Assembly: GCA_040285825.1 (NCBI GenBank)
Contig: JAUPSS010000006.1
Coordinates: forward strand, 248,001-312,000
Source: Eukaryota sp. TZLM1-RC
Lineage: Eukaryota; Protista; Metamonada: BaSk clade
Reading direction: 5' to 3'
Length of the DNA stretch: 64,000 nucleotides
This document shows, piece after piece, positions 10,117 through 23,589 of the stretch. The position numbers and the translations under genes are program-made. The notes under the pieces were generated by a model. The model had not been told where the DNA came from and did not search any database. It saw only the letters and a program-made list of their open reading frames with translations. Every line of letters starts with the position of its first letter. The stretch's first letter is position 1.

Positions 10117-12990
10117 ATTGAAAACTGTTTAAACAAAATTGTCAAATACTTGGCAATGTTGTCGGCAGTATTAGAATAAAGTAATACCGAAATGTGTAAA
10201 ATCACCGATTTCAATTGCCAATTATCACCGATCCAGTGAAGAATAGTTATAACTTAGTGGTGGGCAACTTATGGATATGTGTGAAAGTCCCTTCAATACG
10301 TGGCGCAACAATCATTAGCGTCTGCTTTTGCCTGTTAGAGAAATTGGTCTGTGTTTGAAGCAATCCACGCTGAAGAGAAACCGATTGAACGCTAAAATTT
10401 ACAAAATCTAATTTTCATTGACCACAACGTGAAATTGGTGAAAGAAGGTACTATCAGTAGACCTTACTGGTTTAGAAGTAGCTTCTTAATCTATAGTTGA
10501 TGAAGACTACGATGATCTACAGTGAAGAAGTGTACGAAATGGATTCTGACTGGGATAATGAGGGTGTGGAAGATGAAGATAATGAAGAGCAGAATGGTTT
10601 GCTGAACCTCCATTTGATATATCCTTGATAGATTAATTACTAGTGTATCTTGTTTTGATGATTTGACCAATGTTTATTTTTAGTAAAGATTATAAATCTA
10701 CTGTATTAAATATCCAATAAAGTCAACCAGTTGTGAAATTGATTTTATTTATCATTATGCAGACTACTATCTAATGTACCCAATAAGTGTACCCACATCC
10801 TTCAACACTGGAAATTGTTATAAATAACACATTTTTATGGTTTTTCGATACAGTAGCTTCGGTTTGGTTTATTGTGCTTATATTTTGTAAAATGTACTCT
10901 TCACAAAAACTGCAGTAGAGAAGAACTGAGCAGCACTTGGTGGAACTGTCGCCTTACTGTTGTTATTTAGTTGCTCTGGACGCTTAACCTCCCAGGGGAG
11001 TGCACGCCTTCGACGGGGAAACTCATTTGACATTGGGAATGTCAGTCGATAAAAACAATCAGTCATTCAACAATTAAATTTCATTTATTCACATCTTTGT
11101 TTCTGTAAAAATTTAAAACATCAGCAAATTGATAAATATTCACTATACTATGTGATACTTGAACTACTTCAAGTATTTTCTTTCTGAAAAAGGTTACAGT
11201 TGAAGGAGCTGTTTTTGGTGAAAACAGTAACTTATTCAACCAAGAAACGTGTTGTTTCACCGAGTTCGTAAAGTTGTTTCACAATAAGATCAACTTTACA
11301 CACTTTACGTCTCAACCAAATTCCTTGTTTCTTGAACCGTCGCATTTGTTTTCTCTACATTAAATGCTTCAACGAACATTATAGATATTTCATCTTCCAA
11401 TCATACCTTCAAAAACAAGCACATCTCTGGTTCCTGCATGAAGTTCTTCTATGTGGATGATGTGGTCTGTACCTCAGCTTTCGACTCTCTCGCTCTTGTC
11501 ACGTCAGAAATTAATTCCTCGTCCTTTGAACCGTGTCACTGGTTTGTTGAAACCATCACTTCATTGTCCATCTTTCTTTCATTTATTTCTTTTCAATACT
11601 TTGTTGTCTCTACCTTCTCATGACACAACTTTCTTTAATCAGGCGTTTCTAACTTTGAAGGAAAACCCAAAGATCGTTATCCATAAGGTCATTAAACTGT
11701 CGTATCAATACTCATAAGGAATAATGTATCTCTCCCAAGACAAGAGCACTACACCGCTGGAAATAATTAGTCTAACTAATCAGTATCACTGATTTTATTC
11801 TGGGCTCTTTTCAAAACTGACGAAGACAAGCTAATCAAATGAACCTTCAGAGGAATACGAGCTACTCCCAACTCCCCTAGCTGACCAAACGGAGATCGCC
11901 TACCCTTTGGTCTTTGGAAAACTGGCATTCTTTTTAGAAATAAACCACCAAGCTCACTTACGTCGACTTGACCCTTGTTGTGCTCCTATGTGAGAATTCT
12001 TGCATCATGGAATGTAACTTCCTTAAAAAAAGCGGTATTTTAACTGACAAACACCTGTTCTTAAACCTTTACGAGAAAAAATAGAATTATTTAACTAAGT
12101 TAGCATTTGATTATATTTTCTAACGATGTACACAGTTTCTGCAATTACGATTCCAAGTCAAAAGAACTTAACATGTTACGAAGAGAGGGAAAAGTTGACT
12201 TCTCTTTGATCTTTTTTGGTAACTGAAGCAATAAAACATGACAAAAAGTTTTATTGTTATTGTCACCATTAATGTGTTCAGAATTACGACAGATGACATT
12301 AAATCACATTATACTACATGGGATAAATTCATAAACTACATTGTCGAATGCCCAATATTATCTAAATTGACAGATGAGTCTTGTTGGATAGCTTAATTTT
12401 GAGCAGACTCTTAGTAGTTAGAGACTCCACTAACATGTCCAAATTGGATGACAAACCGACACAAAATTGGAATGAATTTGTTGATAAAAATTATTGAAAA
12501 GTTCAACTCTAGCTAAATTATTTCAAATCAAAGAGAACGAATAAGATGATGAAAGATTTTGACATAGAACAGTTAACGTAGATATTGTACTAGGATGCCT
12601 AAACAATTTCAATTGATGCTCTATCGAACTGTCGAATACACAAACATTTAAGGTTTATATTGTTACATTTATGAATGTATCATCGGAATTGATACGTTTC
12701 TTTGCTATTGACAGTCAAAGGAAGTATCACATTTGTATGGATCATTTCTGTTCCTTACTCGCATGTTTTTCAAAACAAAACGACTATTGAAGCAAGTGGA
12801 TAAGTGTATGTTTCTATTTGATGAATTATTTTGTGAATAAATTAAATTTATATATTTAAATAAGATGTTGTTAAAACATTTTCAAATTAACTAATAATTA
12901 TAATGCAACATATAACACATTCACAACAACATCACTGTGATTTGACATGATGTCAATTCTAATTGTCATTGGTTATTAAATCCACTTATT
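10115..12990 (+). repeat. Segmental duplication, inverted copy at ~23590-26620
   Basis: Colinear reverse-complement match; ~128 bp extra in the second copy at ~24877-25004. Confidence 0.93.
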
Positions 12991-13046
12991 ACTGACAAAT
13001 AGCATTATAAGCAATGAATCAATGAGGGAAACTGGATTTGCATACA

Positions 13047-15623
13047 CCACATCACAAACTTTTCATCAGAAAATGAAGTTTAAAATTGAATTCGTATTTT
13101 CAAATGAATAATTTTAAATGGTTTACATGCTGTATTGGAAGAAATTCTATTTCATTTGTCAACCCGATCGATCGGAATTTGCTGTTTGAAACAGAAAAAC
13201 TGTAAACATTACAGAAATCCTTTCAAGATATCCTCTGAAACCTTGCCAACCCAACTCTCCTCATTCTGGTTTAGTTCTTGCACTTTATCTGCTTTCCTTA
13301 CATCACTTTGTTCCTCTAACGGTGTCTGTCGTTCTACACCATCCTCCTATGTGAATGATGCTGTGAAAACTTCAGTCATTTCTCTTTTTCCTATTGAACT
13401 ACTGACATTACTCTAAGTCGTCTCATTTTTGTGATCTTATGAATTATTGTTTCTCTCACTCCACTAACTCCTCTCCGACTCCACATTCTTCACTTTCCTT
13501 CCTGTTAGTGTACATGGAATCTTTTATTTTGCATTCCCTAGCTGTTATTCTATTACATTTCATCAATCAATGTCAAAGGATTAACACGTGGAAGGTTGGG
13601 TAATTTTTTGGAAGTACAGGGGACTCGAACCCAGAACCTTGGTGTTAAGCAAATTGGTTGATTTTGCTTCAAGTTTTGAATTTTGAATTTGCTTCAGTGG
13701 TCTTGGTCAGCTGACCTTTTCTTCTTTTGCTGGTTTTTTCGTTGTTCAACTTTCAAATTTTTGTAATCTCAAACTATTGTTGCAAGGGATGTCAACATAA
13801 GAAAAACTTGTGTTTATGCTTCAACTAATCATTACTTTTCAACTAGTTCAATGTTGGGTACGACTGATATTGAATTTGAGAATGTTGAAAGTTTTTGATT
13901 TCAGGAGTGATATCCATGTCAAAACTCCAAATTATGACTAAATTATATCACCACTAATAATGATTTTTGTCACTATTTAGCTGATATAATTTGGAGTTAT
14001 CATCGACGTGTTGAGCCATCATGTTCATTTATTACTTCAGCAAAGTTAATCATTATTGAAACTGCTGCATTTAATTATCAATTTGTGTAAAAAAAATTGT
14101 CTTCATGTAGAAACTGTTGTTTGTTTCAACGAAGTTAATTCTAAACAATTAATTTTATGGACTCAATTTTACATTGCACATATTTTACTTGCAAAATATT
14201 TGTTTTGTTGTTGAAATTATAATCACAATGGTTCCATTTAATGTTATTTGGTTTTCAGGACCAATTCTCCGCACACTTGGTTATTTAAATACTGTTCTTG
14301 TTTGTGGTTCAACTACCACAGATGATTACCTTGAAGTAAACAAAACTACTTGATTTTTTTAAAATTTAGAGTCTCTACAAAATATTGAGAGTAATTCTCT
14401 TTATTTTGAATCTCTATTTATAAATACATAAGCGACTGAGTAATCATCAATCATTCAGTTTGTAATTGATTGAGGTTGATTACGGTCAAGAAAGATTTGA
14501 ATACGTGTGTCTGTATAGTCTACATGTTTTTGGATCTTTGTAGGTTTAATGCTTACAACAATTTTATTAATGAATTAATTTGAGGGTTTCTTTTTTTACC
14601 TCGACATGATTAATTCATTTTTTTCTTTATTTATTTTTATATTTAAGATAGGTTTAATTATGAGATGACTAAAGCAGCATCGATCTTTTGAATTTCTTCC
14701 TTTACTGTCATATTCTCTTTTCTAAAGATTATCAATTTTCTGAAAAAATATATTCCTCCATTTTATTTTCACAAAACTACAGCACTTCTAAACTTCTGCT
14801 TGTTCAGTAGCTGGAAAGTTTATTTGAGGGTTAAAACAATGTTTAACATAAGAAAAGATACTTTTTCAAGAAATTGTTGCTCACAGATGTATTTCGTACA
14901 TATCTTGCTCGTACATGCTGCTTGAATCGAAATCATTCTGATTGTCCTTCTTAATCAAAGTTTGGTTAAAAAGATACAATATTCAAGCCTGATTGAAAGT
15001 TTGTTGCCGCAGACTCAATCAAAGTTTGGTTATCTTCATTTTCCTCGGAACAACAGGCACATTAAACCTCAGTGACCTACAAGAAATCTTTGAAGGAGAT
15101 TCAAGATAAACTTACATGCATTTAATAAAAAGAATCTTTCTCTTGAATTATTCAGATTGAAATTGATGTAGTGTTCGAGAACAGAATCAGCAACTACTTC
15201 TTCGGGTTGGGCTAATGGTTCATCTGGCAAAAGAGAGAGAGGATAATTGGCACAGACATTCGTTTTATCTAGAGCTCTACAATGAGCACGAATAAAATTT
15301 TTTGTCCAGGATTGACAAATTTTAGGTAGACTTGTCTTCACGTTAGACGCTAATTGACGAGCCCGACAAGCAAGGTAAGGAGAAAGCCCTTTTCTATTGA
15401 TAAAATTACGTTTCTGAGACTGCAGCCAAGCATTGAGAAAAAGATTGAATGAATTTCTATAAGGCACTAAAGAATTTTTCCATGAAGAAACAAGAGACCT
15501 GTCTTGTTGATGCCGTAGGTTGGAAAAGTTTTTGAGATAAAGATGATTTATTTTTTTATTCATATTATAAAAGCCTAAGGGCACCAACACTGCTTCTCCC
15601 CTTTTTCAAAATCAATCGGCTTT
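13047..15623 (+). repeat. Second copy of the 1-2592 duplication
   Basis: Direct sequence match. Confidence 0.95.
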
Positions 15624-16283
15624 ATGAAATATTCCAGAGCTTGTTGATTAAAAGGAACAAACCCTGGAACTTTGGTGGCAATTGGGGATAAGGCATGTCT
15701 TCGAAATACATTTGGGCATGTACTTTCTAGACGATGTAAAATTGACAATCCCCAATGGCTTATCAACCAACAATTATAAACAGTGACATCCAATTCATCA
15801 CGCCTCAGGGCACGCGTATACAAATCATTAGATGTTACTGTTTGGTTCCAAATTTCGGAAATATGAAAATGATATTCATCATACCATTGTCTTAAATTTT
15901 CAGAAATTGTGGAACCGGAAACCACACAACTGGCATACTTTGATGGAGCAGGACACTCCATCTGCTTACCCATAGACCTGAAGAAATTCAGTTTTCAGGT
16001 CACAGGGCCATCGGTCAGCAGCTGTCTGTGAGCTGATTCGAGTTGAACAGCTCTATTGCTAAAAAGAGCAGCCTGACAAAAGGGTGGATGTTCTTGGCCC
16101 TCTACTAACGGAGGCCACGGCCAGGTAGCACTTGATGTCATATGCATAAAAGCCTCATAGACATCAGGGTTAGTGCTCTTGAAAGGCTCCCTAATTTTAG
16201 GTCGACTGTGGGTGACGCAGTCGAAGCACTGCGACCAGAATTGACGGTGAGCGAGCCAGCAGGACAGATGCGGATAGATGCTC
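15575..16283 (-). pseudogene. Unknown 'DGPVxWKxNFF / CPxPxKYA' family member; TGA at 15995, 5' end replaced by Ty3 sequence
   Basis: QFWSQCFD..WPWPP..LLTDGPVT*KLNFF..CPAPSKYA..QWY aligns by eye with the 33362 ORF. Confidence 0.75.
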
Positions 16284-18204
16284 CTTGCAGAAATCCGTGC
16301 AACAAGTTAAGAGTGTCCTTAATGAGTGATTTGGGAATCACTATCTTGTTGTCGAGAGTCATGTATAAATCAAGATGATTGTTATGAACACTGTTGTTGA
16401 AAGAGGGGTCTTTGGAAGCTTCGGCAAGCTTCTGTTCCGACCTAATCCTACAGAGCCATGGCTCGAAAATAGGGAGGTCGTTGAAACATCGTTCTTTGAT
16501 GACCATGATACGTTCGAAATTGTTTAAATCTTCTATGTAGTATCTTCCGTTTTCTGTTCTATCTATTTTATCGATATAAAATATTGGATGAAAATTTGGA
16601 GACATTTGATGGGACAAATGATTGATCTCTTGATGGTCTATAGGCGGAACTATTCGAGACAACATATCAGCCCAGAAGTTATCTTCCCCTTTGGTGTGTA
16701 CCAATTCAAAGCAGAATTTAGAGAAAATGGGTAACCATCAGGTTACAATTCTGTTCTTGTCTGGAGCTGTGAACATGTAGGTAAGGTTTTGATGGTCTGT
16801 GAATATGACCAGTTTCCTTCCTTTCAAGTAGTTTTCGAAACCACTTTGTGTCAACATCAGTAAGATGGCATAGAGTTCCTTTTGGTTTGTTGGCCAGTTC
16901 TTTTGCGAGTTGGTTAGCAACCTGCTGAAGAAACTGATGGGCCTACATTTCCTGTTGATCAGGGGAGTACCGGGGTCGTCGACTTGTTCGATTTGTTCCC
17001 ATATGACGCCGCCTACAGCAATGTCGGATGCGTCGCAACTTATTAAAATTTGATTTTCCAGTGGAGGTAAGTTGTACGGCATGTGCTGAGCTATCAGTTG
17101 TTTGATCTTTTGAAGGAGTCCGTCATGCATATCCATTGTAGGCGTTGCGCTCGGGGTTTGGGTTTAATGTTGGCGTTGTTCCCAACCTTCTTAGTCAATC
17201 TGATGATAGGAGCAATGAGCTCAGATACCTGAGGAAGCCATTCTCTAATGAAGTTGACTGATCCTACGAGGCTGCGGACGTCTTTGATTGTCTTTGGTCT
17301 AGGTAGATTCAACAAAGATTCAACACGAGTGGGATCGAAGGTCCGTTGTTTGTTTTGGAAAACACTGCCCAGTATCTTGATGGGGTGTCTGGAAGACACG
17401 AAATGGCACTTTGGAAGTCCCAATGAAACTCTTTTGCATCTAGTTTGATCGAGGACGCGTCGGAAACGCTCGATGAATTCGTCAAAGGTTGAACCTATGA
17501 TTATGATGTCATCTATATAGATGAATACACCGTCTCCAGAGAAGATGTCAGCCATGACGTTTTGGAAAACGGCTGGGACATTTTTGAGGCCAAACGCTGC
17601 ACGTTTGCACATGATGCTTTCACCAGGAATGCTCAGGGCTGTTTTGTGCCAGTCCTTTTCAGCAATCTTGAGTTGCCAAAAGGCTTGGGGGGGGGGGGTC
17701 GAGGGTGCCTATGTAGTTTGCTTGAGAGAGAAATACCAGCACATCGGAGATCCTTGGAAGGTTGGGCTCAACAGGAATGGTGTTGGCGTTGACTCCGTCC
17801 TTGCCACTATAATCACCAGTAAGGCGGGGCTTACAGTGATCTGGGTAGACCACTAGACAGACAGGGGAGCTGAACTCATGGTTCGATGGAACAGCAAATC
17901 CAGAGTCTACGAGTTCGTCGAAAATTTGGTTAGCGACCTCTAGCCTGGCTGGATTCAGGGTCCTGGGGGGTTTTCTAACTCTGACGTCTTCATTGTAGAA
18001 GTTGATTTCCATGGGATTGGTGGGCAGACCAATCTTTCGCCTACTAATACACAGGGAGAAGTCGGGAGCCATTGGTATCTCACATGCCATGTCCGGATTA
18101 CTCCAATACTTTGCAAAACCCACCAGGTTTCTGGTTAGTGCTTTCAATAGCCTATTGTAATGTAAACGGTATTGGTGGTCCATGAGAATGGGGATATACG
18201 TCAA
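16284..18204 (-). mobile_element. Ty3/gypsy LTR retrotransposon pol (RT, RNase H, start of integrase), frameshifted and truncated
   Basis: FSSPVCLV, FGLKNVPAVFQ, YIDDIII (RT); CDASDIAVG, FFSRLL, ELYAI, FTDHQNL (RNase H); GEDNFWADMLSR; RT-RH-INT order. Confidence 0.93.
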
Positions 18205-21200
18205 GATGCAATTTCACCTATATTACTCTAATGATCTTAATGCTTTTTCCATGTTAATCCTTCCTGACGTTCTCTTGCTGAACAATGTTAGTCTTTCATC
18301 CAGCAGCTGATCTACACCCATATTTCAAAAGAAGGAAATGAACCATTGTATTTGATTGTATGTTGTGTTGTACATGGATACATAAATCAGTATTGGTATT
18401 TATTTTTGTTTCAACATTTTGTCAACACTAGTCAACAATTGGCAATGTTCCAATTATCGGGGTTAATGCTCAGATTTAGCAAGACATTGTATTTGGATAT
18501 AATTGTATACTATGACATGACTACTGCAATTGTGTTTCTTGTATCTGAAGAACAAATGCAACATTTTATAGATTTACATGGTATTTATAGTTTTGTATAT
18601 TTGATAAATAAACAAGGTTGTAATAGTCTTTATTATTGAAGAGTATTAGAAAACTAAGTATTAGCCTAGAAATAGGCTATTCGTATCCTTACAGGTGATA
18701 GGCCCATATAAATAGGCCCAGATAGATGTTTGTTTAATAAAATTTTAAAGTTTTACACCTCAAATATATTTCCAAGAAATTGCTCTCGAAAAAATGGAAA
18801 TTCAATTTGCTTGTATTTTGTTGTACAATAAAACAAAACTTAGTTAATTTATTTTTTACGTAATAAATGTTTGACACTTTTAGAGATTTTATGACAATTT
18901 ATGGGGAGGTTAATGATAATGAATTATCTTTAAAGAAAACCATTATTATTACATAATATATTGGTGAATCTATTATGATATTAAAACGATATTCTCCACG
19001 TTCATATCTTTCATAACGAAAATACCAAACTTCGATAGGATAGGATCGATAGGATTGACACATGAAATTAAATTTCTTCCAATAAAGCATGTAAACAATT
19101 TAAAATTATTCATTTGAAAAGGTGAATTCAATTTTAAACTTCATTTTCTGATGAAAAGTTTGTGATGTGTTGAACGCAAATTCATTGTCCTTCATGGATT
19201 CATTGACCATAATGCTATTTGTCAGTGATCAGTGGACCAATGACAATTAGAATTTATTCAATTCCAATCTTCGCCCACAAAAACATAGACGAGATTTACT
19301 AAAAAAAATTTTTGAAAAAAAAATTGTTGTTGAAAAATTCTATTTTTGAATTTCTCGATCGTTTCCCTGAAGACATTCATTTGCTGCTGAATCCATCATC
19401 TACGCATTATTTGTATGACCTTGATATTGCTATTAATAAAATTACACCAGAAATTGGGTTGTTCTTGCAATGAATATAATATATCAAATGATAAATTATG
19501 TTTGAATTGTGTAATCATGTTGAAAATATTCAAATAAATATTAATTCATCGACAAACAGATTGAATTTGTAGACAAGTGTTTGAATTGTGTTGACAGAAA
19601 AAGTATATATTAATAGGGAATTGAAAACAACTAACTCTGAACTTATGACAGGAGCTTTATTTTGTAAAAAATTGGCCAATACACAGTGAATCAGCTGATG
19701 TTAGTTTGTCAATGATCCATACCAATCTCAGTTTGTGTCAGAAAAAATGTTAAAACAGAGACCAGAATCAATTTATTTATATCGGAAATCTCCTTTTAAA
19801 TGGTAATCACCAATCAGAAATAATAAAACAAGAATATAGGCAACTCACTAGTGAGCTGACTCGTGGGTACTGTCAGGAGACATGTAAGATACTGTAAATG
19901 AATAAATGAATTACTCAATTACATACATTCCTTAAATGTCATAAAACTACTCCTCTAGTGACATCACTTCTCAACACATACTTGTCAAAAGATGTATAAA
20001 AACCAACCAAGAACAGCATGAGCTCATTTTTCAGTGGCTTTGTTTTAGTATTTGTAACTATCAATATTTGTTGTACCTTGAAAATAAACTCTTGGTGTTG
20101 CCTTATGTTTAAATGAGTTAGGAAAATTGGATTTATTTTCTATTTCAAAGTAATTTTTTATTTTACCACATTATATAAGAATTAAGGCTCCACCACAGCT
20201 TCTTCCTTTTTTCAGAAATCAATCATCTTATACGAATATGAAACCAAAATATAAACAAATAAATAAATAACTATCAATACTGAGAACTAGCTATGGTTCC
20301 TAATTCTATCACTACGTCTAAGAAGTTTAGTGGACGTAGCGTAGGACACTACCTATGGTCGAAATTTTCGATCTTTTTTTGGTCAAACATTTTTACAAAC
20401 ACGGTACTTTATTCTACTACCCAATAATTAATACCCAAACATATAATTAATTCCATCAAGGTCTTTAGGTACCCATTCAATGGTTCACTGTTAAAGAAAA
20501 GAGGTATGTAAAAGGACGTAGCACACAATGTGATCCTGTTGAAAGTTAAAAGACGATGAAACAACCTTGACAGCGACCATTTTTTTACGAGCGTTTGGGT
20601 GTCTAGTTCATTCGGAACGACCTTTTCATATAAGCAGCAGAGCAGTGAGATTAGTAAAACCAGGTGATACATCCAAAAGAACTGCACAGGGGAGCATTTG
20701 TAGCAAAGCAGCTTTTGCCGTTTGATGCAAAGTTTTTTTTATCACTGATTTTGGACCGACGATGTTCATAAGAGATGTCTAGGTGTATATCAACCATAAA
20801 AATTGTAGATAAGATAAATAAAAGGGACTAAAGGTCATCCGCAGAAGCGTGTGGTACTTTTTAACGTATTATATCGTTCAAAGAACGAAGTAAAAGGTCA
20901 GCTTGTGTATTTAGTCCGGACGACGGAATAGATGATAATCGTCTTCCAGAAAATGACACTACTGAAGGAGAAACTAAGGAGAAACTAAGTATAGATATTA
21001 ATAGATACTCCCCTGTAATTAGAAAATTAGTTTATAGATATGTACAAGTCTAAAAAGCTGAAAATTGAAAAGAAAAATGAAACAATGAATAAATACCGTA
21101 TAAATAAATACTTTACTACTGACTAACAATAAATTTACATATGATAAATAGAATAATAATAATAATAATTTTTTATTTGTTAAAATATGGTTAATTTAGA

Positions 21201-23589
21201 TGATATATAAATAAATAACAATATTTGTATGATGATAGTATTATAAAGGTTTAAAATATTTACGTTAACGTTTTTAATGGTATGAAGAGAAAAAATAGCA
21301 GCTGAATTCAAAAATATTAGTAGTTTGTCAAGTATTTGGTTGTGAGGATGATAGAAGTTTTGTTAATGGTTAATTCTAACGGTTCATTTGTTGATATTTA
21401 TATAACATCCGAAATCTACACATTTTTTGTTGAAAACTTTTATTATATTTTAATTAAAAAAACAAGTAGAAAATTGAATGGTTAAATAAAACAGGATTTA
21501 GACAAAGACGGTACAAGGGACACGTACCGCCATATAGTTTAAGATGATCAGCAAACTGTTCATAAACTTGTTAGTCAATGTCTAAACTCTCTGTATATGT
21601 ATCATATGGTATTATACCAGTATTCATTACGGTAAATTGATTTTTGTCAATGGTTTGATTCGAGTAAATTCATTAACCACTTTTAATGTCTCTATTCACT
21701 GCTACGTTGACAGACTGAGACATTTTCGGACCACGTTGTGGTTTTTGCCTTCATTTTTTTGGATTGTTGTGAGTCGAAAACTGTTCACAATACGTCTTTG
21801 GTCAATTTTAAGTACAAGGTATTTTTGTTTTAATAAGCAAAAAGACAAAAATTTTGGTTTTAATTAGGCTAAAGCGAAAAGTACTTTAGTTTATATTATA
21901 TAGCTTCAACTCAAATTATCCTCATCCTAACCCCCATTACATTATACATCTCCACTCACAGATAGCAAATATGCTTTTCAAAAACACTAGATTTCAAAAT
22001 ATAATACAAGATAATTACGGAATTTTATACAAATAAACATATAGGATATATAAATTTGACACATGTAAAAATACAGTCGCCATTTTATGTTCGAAAACAT
22101 ATTTTTATTGGGGTGGTATTACATATGTGGACAGACGAACACTATATATTTGTAGGTAACGACTTATCCAACAAACCACTTTGCATAACATTGTACAAGA
22201 ATTATGAAATAAAAAGACCGACAACTAATTAATGATATGTTTTGATGTGGAATTAAATTAGGTCTACTCATATTAAATAAAAATTGCTTAGATTGGTGAA
22301 ACATAAATAAATACCAATATTGCTTTATTTCACAGAAATGAAAAAGAAAAAATTACTAAATCAAAACAGAATACAATATCAACTACAAAAGTATCTAGTA
22401 AAGACATAGTTAAAAGCATAAATCTCAATAAATTGCCAATATATATCCCCCATGCTTCGTGAACGTAAAAACAGTGCTCTTGCTCTTGCACAAAAATGTA
22501 CAACTTAGTGTTAAATTCTTCGGCTTCAACAGATTAAAGAAGTTACAACCAACTTGATCTGCTGGCCACATAAAAAAGTCAGACAATCACAAAGATTTCC
22601 AAGTCAAGAAAATTGGTCTTCTTCTCCTCAGAATGAATCTTTTAATTTCAATGATTTTAAAAAAAACTTGATGAATGAAGGCTTCGATGGATGTTTCAGA
22701 TGTTTCTTAGACCAAGCAGAGTACTGTATTTGAAAACAGAAGTTAAATTTATACTTTCAAATAACATTTTGTTATAAAAATTTCCAATTAACTTATAGTT
22801 ATTTTACACCATGTAACACAATAACAACAGCTTTAACATGGCAATTATAATTCTTATAATTATATAGTTCACTTATCACTGACATGCTTTAAAGCCTGAA
22901 CGCCTTGAAATGTAGTTATTTTTGTTCTTCAATCAGGATTTTTGGAACACAGAAACTGTTAGAAAAATTGGAAAGAAAAAGGATTAATTAATGTTAAGTT
23001 TATTATAAAAAACTAAATAATTTGTTGAATTTCTGAACACGAAACCTATCAAAATTGGGAGAAAATATTGATTCCAATATATTGCAATATGGATCAATCA
23101 ATTCAATTTATATTGATAATTCATTCACCAATTTAATTCAAATTGGTGGACCAAATTTCCAGTTCAGTATACTGCAATACAATAATGAGAAACCCTGGAC
23201 ACAACTGCTTAAACATTATAATGATGTTTTTGTCCCAAATACTGTTGTGAAAGACTTGTATCAACAAATATTTTGGGGTATTGTATACCCCTATGATCAG
23301 CTCTTGCAGAAACTTCCATTTTTGAAGAGAACACTGGAATCTCAATTTCCATGTATTGACCCTTCTATGAAAGTGGCACTTTTTAAAAAAAATCATCTTC
23401 TGAAATCTCCTACGCTGCTGTGGATAAAGTGAGTATATTTCAAACCCGCACACTGTCTCCTGGGTTATAAGGGAACTAGTATCAAAATTATCGTTGCTTT
23501 TTCAACTTGACTGAAAAAGAAAATTAAATTTTCAAAAATCAGATCTAAGGGTATTCTGTAGCATAAAAAGCGTAGTCAGTAATAATTGG

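Noticed and set aside
17686-17698. Programmed frameshift at the poly-G run in RT
   Set aside because: It falls mid-domain; homopolymer slippage or sequencing error is more likely (similar poly-C run near 62074-62087)
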